A model generated the notes under the pieces. The model was not told the DNA's origin, made no database searches, and worked only from the letters and a program-made list of their open reading frames with translations. A program made the translations under genes and the position numbers. 64,000 bases of DNA from Octopus sinensis (Eukaryota): contig NC_043025.1 in assembly GCF_006345805.1 (NCBI RefSeq), positions 14,074,001-14,138,000 of the forward strand, in the 5' to 3' direction. This document shows positions 50,401-61,800 of this stretch, piece by piece. Each line of letters opens with the position of its first letter. The first letter of the stretch is position 1.

Positions 50401-53400
50401 AATATCATGCGTGTACACACATACACAGGTAAACATACCCCCTCCCTTCCCCCACCCCCTCAGAAGAAGAAAAAAGAAAAAAGAGTAAACTGAAGGTAAA
50501 AACAAATCAAAGAAAGACCTCCTCCACCTCACCTGAACTTCGCAACAGTTGATTACAGGTGTAAAAAAAAAAAAAAACAAAACAAAAAATAAATAAAAAC
50601 AAAAACAAAACACGTTTTAACCCTTTAGCATTTAACCTGGCCGTGTCTGACTTCTCACACCTACCCTTCAATGTCATTCTAAAAATAAAACAATCTTATC
50701 ATTGAAATCTCAAAGCCCAGAGATAATCCAGGATCAATTGAAATCAATGGGAAGAAACAGGAATTACATTTGACAGAATATATATACACACACACATATA
50801 TATATAAACGGCAGTGCATTAGCATGGCCGCAGCTCTGAGCTGAAACTTTAATTAAAAAAAAAATATTTATATGCCGAAGGACCGAGATCTCTGGAGATA
50901 TGCTGTGACTGCAAAGACCCGGGCTGCTTCCTGCACCAGTTCTGCATAGCCCCGCCCATTCAAAGTACCTTGGATTCCAGATCATCCCGCTATGCTTGAG
51001 GAGACCTGTTGAGTCAAGTACATGAACGTCGAAATAAATATCAATGGAAATAGTAGTTGTGATACCTGTGTCGGTGGCACATAAAAAGCACCATCCGAAT
51101 GTGGCCGTTGCCAGCGCAGCCTCGACTGACTTCTGTGTCAGTGGCACGTAAAAAGCACCATCCAAACGTGGCCGATGCCAGACTCCCCTGGCACCTGTGC
51201 CGGTGGCACGTAAAAAGCACCCACTACACTCGCGGAGTGGTTGGCGTTAGGAAGAGCATCCAGCTGTAGAAACATTGCCAGATCAGACTGGAGCCTGGTG
51301 CAGCCCCTGGCTTCCGAGACCCCGGTCGAACCATCCAACCCATGCTAGCGCGGAAAACGGACGTTAAACGATGACGATATATAACACTGTGGAATTCCTG
51401 ATGTAGATCCAGTGAAAATTATACCATTACCATGGATAACATCAGGTAGCTGTAAACAGTGAATGGGCTTTAATCAACATACTAGTAGACATATAGCCAA
51501 AGTCCAAATAATTACTTACACAATTCATCATTTAATGTCTGTTGTCCATGCTGGCATGGGCTGGACGGTTTGACCAGGGCTGGTAAGCTGAGGGGCTGCA
51601 CCAGGCTCCAAGTCTGATCTGGCAGGGTTTCTACGGCTGGAGGCCCTTCCTAACGCCAACCACACCGTGAGTGTAGTGGGTGCTTTTTATGTGCCATCGA
51701 CACAGGTGCCAGACGAGGTTGGCGAACGGCCACGCTTGGATGGTGTTTTTTACGTGCCACCGGCACGGAGGCCAGGCGAGGCTGGCGAATGGCCACGCTC
51801 GGATGGTGTTTGTTACGTGCCCACAGCACGGAGGCCAGTCGATGCGGTACTGGCTACGGCCACGTTCGGATGGCTTTCTTATGTGCTACAAAACTACAAA
51901 TTCCATTGATGTTCATCGATTTTGATTTGATTTGATATATATCCCCATTAAAATTTGAACCAGCTATATCCCACCCAGATATCCTACCTCTTTTATGCTC
52001 AAACTAGCCAGATCCAGCCTTTCACACCTACCCTACAATGTCACTCAGAACTAAAGAACAGAATCACTGAAATCTCAAAGCTCTGCAATATGCAAAGGTT
52101 AACTGAAAACAACTTGGATACATAAGCATAACCCTTAACAGAATAATCCAAATGCTAAAGGGTTATACACGTTTAATGAAGGCATTTTATGGGGAAAAAA
52201 AAGGGGGACATATAATTTATGTAGAAAGGACTTAACCTTTTGTAGGTATAGGGACTGTTTGATACATGTAAGAAGAGCCTAGCCTCTTGAGGCAACAAGA
52301 ATGTTTTTATAATAGGGTCTTTTGGGTGATGTGGGAAGGGCCTAGCATTTTATAAAAAAAAAGGGGCCATGTGATTTATACAGAAACAGTTTAACTTTCT
52401 GTATTAACAAGGACTATGAGATACATGTAAGATGGGCCTAGTATTTTATAGAAAAAGGGTCCATATAATTTATGTATAAAGAGTTTAACTTTTGGTGGTA
52501 ACAGGGACTATGTGATACATGTAAGAAGGGGCTAGTTTCTTGTGGAAATGGATTTGTCGGTAATAGGGTTCAGAGGATGATGTAGGAAGGGCCTAGTATT
52601 TTATAGAAAAAAAGGGTCCATGTAATTTATGTGGAGTCTAAACTTTCTGTAGTAACAAAAACTGTGTGATACAGGTCAGAAGGGTTTAGTGTGTGTGATA
52701 ACAGGGGATGATGTGTTGCATGTAGGAAGAGCCCTAATTTCTTGTAGCATCAGGGTTTTATAAAAGGGGTCTGTGCAATGCTTGCAAGAAAGGTTTGACT
52801 TCCTGAAACAACTGGGACATGTAACAGGGTCTAAATGATAATGTATCTAAGGGCTTATTTTCTTCAGACAACAGGGGGGTCTGTCAGGAACTGGGAAGAT
52901 GGAGGGAGAAGCACCAGCAGGAGTTGTTTGTACAAGGGCCATTTTCAATGGTCGATGAAGAAAAAAAGGGGTTACTAAACAACAACGAGGATGCATTTAG
53001 TAGTCTAGGGGGGCTACGTCATTCTAGAACGTGCTAGGAACTGGTTAACCCAACAACAACAACAGCAACAAACAATGGTATGTTTAATAAGTTCAGTAAT
53101 GATGCTAAGCACTTGGAGTGGCCGCAGGGGTTCGGGAGGTGTTGTTGGCTCTATGAATACCGAGAGGTGTTGAGGTTGAAACAACTGGTTCTGGATGAGG
53201 GAATGGCCAATCAAATGTTGACCCTCCAAGATTGTTAGCCCGGTTGCAGCACTTGGGAGAATTACCGCGGAAAATGTTTGCTATCAGAGAGCACTGTCCC
53301 CGTTCAGGAGTTCTACTTTAATAGCATAGCAGTTAGCCCTAACAATAGCATATCAATTAGCCCTAACAATAGCATAGCAGTTAGCCCTAACAATAGCATA

Positions 53401-53752
53401 GCAATTAGCCCTAACAATAGCATAGCAGTTAGCCCTAACAATAGCATAGCAATTAGCCCTAACAATAGCATAGCAGTTAGCCCTAACAATAGCATAGTAA
53501 TTAGCCCTAACAATAGCATAGCAATTAGCCCTAACAATAGCATAGCAATTAGCCCTAACAATAGCATAGTAATTAGCCCTAACAATAGCATAGCAATTAG
53601 CCCTAACAATAGCATAGCAGTTAGCCTAACATTTAATAGGAACAAATGTTGATTCTACAAAAAAGTTAGCCCAAAAAACTTAACTTCCCAAGCAGTTGAT
53701 TCTATGTTATTACTGTAGCCTATCCATCTGTCCCCTGTTGGGAGAACAAGGA

Positions 53753-53793
<41 letters not shown>

Positions 53794-55803
53794 CTGGGAT
53801 ATAACTACCGTAAATCTTCAAGTATAGTCTGCCCTTGAGTATAATATGCAGGGGATTTTTAGGGAGCTGTACCTCTGGAAAACCTAAACCTTGTGTAAAA
53901 TACGCACCCCTTCTCTAACTTGAGTCAAGGAGGTCTATATAACGTCCTTGGTTTGTAAAAATGTATACAGTAACGTCCTTTATTATTATTGTATATATAA
54001 CATAATGCAAACGTGTATATGCAGGGGATTTTTAGGGGGCTGTACCTCTGAAAAACCTATACCTTGTGTAAAATACGCACCCCTTCTCTAACTTGAGTCA
54101 AGGAGGTCTATATAACGTCCTTGGTTTGTAAAAATGTATACGGTAACGTCCTTTATTATTATTGTATATATAACAATGATTTTGAAAGAAAATCTCTGTT
54201 AACCCAGAAATGAAACAAAATTTGTTAACCCTGTACCTGTGTCTAGCCATAGGTTCCAGTGTTGGGGTAACAAATTTTCTTTTGAAACTTAGAGAAAAAA
54301 CATCGTCCAACATCAGGATAAATTAAGGTTATGTTTTTGCAATACTGGAGTAAGAGAAATTTTTTTTCAAACCTGGGTAACAGGGAATCGAGTTTAATCT
54401 GGGATACTAGAGATTTTGCTTCACTCCTGGGATAACAAGTTTTATGAAATGAAACTTGTTATCCTAGGAACAGAAATATTCCCTCACTATGATAACAAAC
54501 ATTTTGACTGTGCCTCTGGGGGGGGGAGGAAATATTTTGTAGAAACAGGGTGGGGGAACAAAACATTGTTTCAACTTTAGGGTAACAATCTGCTTAATCC
54601 AAAATTGGGGTAACTATGTTTGACCAGTGGGGTAACAAATATTGTTTTTTAACCCTGAAGAAGCAAAGATTTGATTTTAACCAGGGATAACAGATGGTGG
54701 GGTAATACAATATGAATTTCAACCCTCAGTAAGATAAATTTACTTGTTAGCCCAGTGGGTTAACAGGGTTGTTTCATTGGTCTTTACAATCCGGAATTTT
54801 TCATAGAAGCAACATCGGAAGGAAGAGAGGGGGACCCACAAACAGATAAGTCTGTGAGTTGGTATGCTGATTTTAGGGGACAGAGAGAGAGAGAGGGGGC
54901 AGGGTATCAGATGAGATGAGATGGAGGGTTAACGACTGAAAATATATTCACTTACCTTCCAAAACAGGGGTAACCTTTCGGTTTGTAGGAGTGAGGGTGT
55001 GCACAGACAGAAGGGTGAGGGTGAAGCCAATTGCGCCGAGAGAAAGAGAGAGGAGGAGAACTGGCAGTAAGGTGTTGGCCACTGGTCAAACAAGGGCCGG
55101 ATAATGCTTTGGTGCTGTACCAGACTGGAGATTCTCTTCCAACCAACAGGAACTGATAGCTTTCAATGCTTTCAGGGACCAAACAAAGAGCAACAGAATT
55201 GCTGCTCACTTTACATAGCTTTCAAATGTGAAAGACCTGACTGACTGATGGCACACACTGCATATATGCCCATATATAAACACATGCATGTACATGCATA
55301 TATACACACACACACACACACATGCATAAACACACAGTAGACATGCACACAACTTCACACCTATCTGCCCTTTGCCAATCAAGCCACTAGCAACCTCCTC
55401 CTCTTCCAGTCATTTCAGCATGCGGTAACTGTCCAACTGAGATATATATTTGTTTTTGTCTCTCTCCCTGTCTTTTCCTTCTGTAGAAGAGCACCAATCG
55501 ACCCCAGGACTTATTCTTTGGAAGCCTAGTACTTATTCTATCGGTCTCTTTTGCCGAACCGCTAGGTTACAGGGACATAAACACATATACGACAAGCTTC
55601 TTTCAGCTTTTGTCTATCAAATCCACTCACAAGTCTTTGGTTGGCCCAAGGCTATAGTAGAAGAATTATAATCATGAGTATAATTATAATTAGGGTTCGG
55701 CAAAATTTGCTTCACCACAAACCAAAATTTAGAAATAGCAGTTAAACTACTATTTTACTACTATAAGATATCTTAAGGTAGTAATAATTATAGAATTTTT
55801 GTA

Positions 55804-55837
<34 letters not shown>

Positions 55838-58800
55838 CTGTATTTTACTGTGTACAGGGAACCCTTTTTGTCAAAAATTAGGTTAAAAAAATATGGGAGT
55901 TTCTTATACATGGATAGTATTATAATCCCTTACAAAACCTTTTCTTCAAATTTTAAGACCCCAAAATTAGGGGGTTCCTTATACATATTAAAATACGGTA
56001 TATATAGTTATGATATATTCTGTTAAGAATGTGGTAGAGTACAGTATAAAGTTCGTCCACCTTCAAATTTCAACCTGTGCTAACCAGTAGTAGTATTATA
56101 CGTACTTCTAGGTTTGTGTTTGGGTATCTGTGGTGTGTGAACAGGTAATTGAAAAAATTGGAGTCAAGAAGAAGGGGTACGGTTGGACATTTAATTCAGG
56201 CCACAACACACAGAAGGGATGTTCTTCAAGCTGAGAAGATTTCAAACATACGGAGACATTATCTACACAACGCCTGAAGAAACAACTAGATCCCACAATG
56301 CAGGGAAACAGCTACATAATCAAGTACCTGCACACCTGGAGAACTACACTGTGTTGAAACGATTGTAGGGATTAAAAAAAAAATATCCAACTGTATCCCT
56401 TCTTGTTTCAATTATATGTATATATAGCTACAATATGACTGCTTCAATAAGAAAGCACACAATATAATATTAATATTGTGTTAAGCCTGGTACGCGATGA
56501 TGTCTGTCTCTCTATTCTTTCCCCTGATGAAGGAGTTATTAGCGTGATGCACCCTAGTGCTTTAAACACGATAATATACCCCTGAAATGGCCATAGGGAA
56601 TTTAGTAAATATGGTTTTCTTTTTTTTAACTATAAGGCCTCTCTTATTTAAAAAGTAATTTTATAAGATTTTCTAAATGATGAACTTTTATTTTATTTTA
56701 TTTTACATTATATATTATATATTTTTATATGCTTCCTATATATAAATATTTTTATATATTTTTTATATACCTATATATTTATATATTACTTTATACTATA
56801 TTTTTACGCTTTACCTTCTAGGTGTTGTAATGGTTTTTAAAAAAATATATTTTTCTTAATCACTAAAGTATAAACTTTTAACCGTGATGAACGGTATTCA
56901 CATATATTCACACATTTTTTCTCGCACTTTCTTGTACAGATGAATTATATTCCATCTTCCGTGATGTCTAAATGTCTTTTCTATGATTAAATGTTCGAGA
57001 TATGAAATGTTATGTGGATGACCTTGCATTTGTTTGTTCTATAAAACATTTTGTTCATGATAAGAAACAATCACTGTATTATTGATATATAGCTACACAT
57101 ACACATATATATGTTTGTCTCACTGTATAAAACGCATCCAGTCCACACTGCAAAGTGACTGGCAGTAGGAATGGTATCCAGCTGTAAAAAATCTGCCTCA
57201 AATTCTACCTAAACCGATGCAAGCAAGGAAAAACAGTTATTAAAACAAGCTGAGCAAGAAGGAAGTTGAGGCCAACGTTGGTTGTGTCAATAATATCAAC
57301 AGAAATATGAAATGTTTTTTGGAGTAAACCACACCACCATATCTTGTCCATCTTGACCTCAAGGAGCAGTTTTAAAGGTTCAGACCTTGTACACTGTAGC
57401 TATTATATTAAGGGATGTGGAACTTGCAATCATATCAGCTTGCTAGAAATAGCAGCTAAATCTCATTCAGATCGCATCTGTTGTCTTAAAAAGAAAAGGA
57501 TGGTGCTGTGTAACAATAGGATAATGTTGTCTTAGATACACTATGCCGTAATCTAACACAGGGTCTACTTTATCAGTTGACTTTAGGCTAAACAACAAGG
57601 GGAGGAAGACATTAGATAATGTACACCAAGATAGTCTATGCCTCATTGAAATACGGGGTTGTCACAACTGGAACGTCTTTGATCATAGCGCAGCTGGTTC
57701 AGAAGTGCCTCGGGCTAAACAACAAGGAAAGGTCACATTATATAATGTAGTCCTAGATACACTATGCCTGAATAAAAGACGGGATGGTCACAGCTGGAAC
57801 ATCTTTGATCATAGGTGTGTCTGGATCAGGACTGACCTGGGGCTAAACAACAAGAAGGGCACATTAGATAATGTAGTCCTAGATACATTATGTCTGAATA
57901 AAAAGACGGGATGGTCACAGCTGGAACATCTTTGATCATAGGTCTTTCTGGATCAGGACTGACCTGGGGCTAAACAACAAGACGGACACATTAGATAATG
58001 TAGTCCTAGATACACTGTGCTTGAATAAAAAGACGGGATGGTCACAGCTGGAACATCTTTGATCATAGGTCTGCTGGATCAGGACGGACCTGGGGCTAAA
58101 CAACAAGAAGGACACATTAGATAATGTAGTCCTAGGTACACTATGCCTGAATAAAAAGACGGGATGGTCACAGCTGGAACATCTTTGATCATAGGTCTGT
58201 GGGATCAGGACTGACCTGGGGCTAAGCAAGGAAGGACACATTAGATAATGTAGTCCTAGGTACACTATGCCTGAATAAAAGAGGGAATGGTCACAGCTGG
58301 AACATCTTCGATCATAGGTGTGTCTGGATCAGGACTGACCTGGGGCTAAACAACAAGGGCACATTAGATAATGTAGTCCTAGATACACTATGCCTGAATA
58401 AAAGACGGGATGGTCACAGCTGGAACGTCTTTGATCATAGGTCTTTCTGGATCAGGACACTGACCTGAGTTTAAACAACAACAACAACAAGGAAGGCACA
58501 TTAGATAATGTAGTCCTAGATACACTATGCCTGAATAAAAAGATGGGATGGTCACAGCTGGAACATCTTTGATCATAGGTCTGTCTGGATCAGGACACTG
58601 ACCTGGGGCTAAACAACAACACACACACACACAAACCAGTAGAATGTTCCAGAAGAATTCTAAATGAATTTCTTAAAAAGCAGACACGGTTTCCATAAGC
58701 ACCGTCATGTAGAAGAGAGAGTAAGAGCTGAGGGAAAAGGTGCCGGCGAACCGGCGCCACAGGGTGTAGTCGGGGACGACAAGTAGGAACTTGGCCATCT

Positions 58801-61800
58801 TCAGTGGGCCCCCGTCGAAGAGAAACGGCTTTGGAATCAAAGAGCTGAACAGATGGAACCAGGGTAGAGTTGTCAGAGTGGTGGAGGTGGTGGTGTTGGA
58901 AGAAAAGTGGTAGTGTTCGTGGTGGTGGTGTTGGTGTTGGCGTGGCGAGAACGACCTACCTTCACAGATTTCGCAGTAGGCTCTCTCCTGTTTGGGAGTG
59001 CCGTGGTACTGGGTGCAGGGCGGACTGTCTGACATGGTCTGCTGTGGACAGTCCTCGGTGTCGTGTTTGTCAAATTCTTCACAGATATCACAGAAAAGTC
59101 GAAGTGTGACAAGCGGATCTTTCCTGGAAAAACAACAACAACAACAACAATTATTATCATTTCTTTTATTGGCCTCAAGGGCCTACATGCAAACAACATG
59201 AAATGACAAAACAGGACAATACAAAGGGTTTTAAACCGTGTGGCACATAAAAGGCACCATTCGAATGTGATCGTTACCAGCATCGCCTTACTGGCACTCG
59301 AGCCCTGTGCTAGTAGGGTGCTAAGAGCACCATCCGAGCATAATCGTTGCCAGAGCAGCTAACTGGCCTCTGTGCCAGTGGCACGTAAAAGGCACCATTC
59401 GAGCATGGTCGTTACCAGCATCGCCTTACTGGCACCTGTGCCGGTGGAATGTGTAAAAAGATTCGAGCAAGGTCGTTGCCAGTACTGCCTGACTGGCCCC
59501 CGTGCTGGTGGCATGTAAAAATCACCCACTACACTCTTGGAGTGGTTGGCGTTAGGAAGGGCATCCAGCTGTAGAAACTCTGCCAGATCAAGATTGGAGC
59601 CTGGTGCAGCCATCTGGTTTGCCAGCCCTCAGTCAAATCGTCCTTCAGCTGGTCAGATCCTGTCAAATCCTCCAACCCATGCCAGCATGGAAAAACAGAC
59701 GTTAAATGATGATGGCATACAAATGTAAAGCCGAAGTGGTTACCTTTTGTCATTGTGGGCCTCGTCATCTTTCACGTCACCATTCACAAGGGCATCCAAA
59801 CGAGACTTGAGGTTCTCGTTCTGCATGTGAAGATAGACAATCTCAGACTTCAGCAATTCAATCTGGAAAACAAGACGAGATGTTGTGATGCTCATGCCTT
59901 TACGCCACAATAATAGCAGTTGTTACTCTTTAGACTTGGGGCATCCCTAATAGACACCCTTATGAGCATAAGAGTTTCCACGTGTGGCCATCCTGTTTTT
60001 TGAACCACATTAAGTAATGTTCTATCATTTTTTCTATATACAGAGAATTCTACATCACCATCCTAACAACTATCTGTCCCATTTTTGTTCACATACATCT
60101 GCAACACTATCCTCACAACACCCCACAACACTAAAACGCTATCCTCACAACACCCCAAACACTATCCTCACAACTCCCCACAACACTAAAACGCTATCCT
60201 CACAACATCCCACCACACCACCCCACAACACTAAAACACTATCCTCACAACATCCTACCACACCACCCCACAACACTAAAAACGCTATCCTCACAACATC
60301 CCACCACACCACCCCACAACACTAAAACACTATCCTCACAACGTCCCACAACACTAAAACGCTATCCTCACAACATCCCACAACACTAAAACGCTATCCT
60401 CACAACATCCCACAACACTAAAACGCTATCCTCACAACATCCCACAACACTAAAACGCTATCCTCACAACATCCCACCACACCACCCCACAACACTAAAA
60501 CGCTATCCTCACAACACCCCAAACACTATCCTCACAACATCCCACCACACCACCCCACAACACTAAAACGCTATCCTCACAACATCCCACAACACCATCC
60601 TAACAACACATTTATATTTAGTATCACAGTATTGACCAGTCACCAGATGCTGTTATACACCACTGTCACAATGCACTTCCAAGTTTGTCTTGATTGTGTC
60701 ATTCTTTTCTATCTTGACTCAAACTGCTTAACTAAATCGTCTTCTCATTGGTGTTGAGGCCTTATATTTTCTTATTTCTGTGTCCTATATAAGGTCACAG
60801 ATCGTGTCGTATAGCCAGCTGGAGACAATGTCTCCTGGGGCTAAATTACAGCAACATTCGTCTTAAACAAGGACTGCCATGTTATGTTGGCAAACAATCT
60901 TTACTACAAACTACTGTTGCTGAATATCTCATCTGACATTTAAAAATAGTTATTTTCTAAGCTTTACACTACACTCTACTATGATCTGAATAGAATATCC
61001 CTCTGCAACACTGTAAATAAATTCCCTTCTGGGAATGACCGAGTTTAAAAGTCTGCTGGATCTCACTCTTAAGAGAATCTTACATTGCTTATAAAATCTA
61101 TTTCTGGATGGACTCATTTTAAACTCTGTTGGACTTTTGGATTTTACTCATAGGATATTGGAATATTACACATATATACCATTCTGCCTATAAAACGGAT
61201 TTCCAACTTCAATACCCATACATATCTTGCATCTATTTTCTTTCCTCCACCTCACTCTCTATTTTGTATCATAATGAAACTCTAACTATGACTTAACATT
61301 CCTCTTACACCGTCTCCGATGAAGGGATATAATTAATAAATATCTTAGAAACAGCTGTAAAACCTTCTATCTATAAATGCTCTAATATCTACACAGCCTT
61401 GGTTTTTTATGTTATTACACAAAAAATTCTTATATATATATTTATGTATATTTGCAAATGGATGCATGGCATTCAATCAAATAATAATATAAATCATATA
61501 TATATATATATATATCAATATATAGAAAAATACAAACTGGGACAAGAACGTAAAACATTTAGAAGACGATACAAAAAACACGGACGGGACATTCAAAGCC
61601 TTCAATCTTCAGTCAAGAACCGGATCATCCTAGCAATTTCGGCTGATTAATTTATATATATATATATATACACACACATACATATATGAGTATAGGATGT
61701 CACCAACAGGAAACAACATAAAATACGAAAACGAATGTATTTGATACGCAAGCAACTAGAGACAAATGGAAGACAGGACAAGTAACATAAAGAACGACCC

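Noticed and set aside
53278-53652. (SPNNSIAI)n / (AMLLLGLI)n repeat proteins
   Set aside because: A 24-bp minisatellite open by periodicity; no splice context
57011-57022. YVDD reverse-transcriptase-like motif near the hammerhead
   Set aside because: The frame is closed a few codons upstream and about 20 codons downstream, and no other RT motifs were found; may be chance
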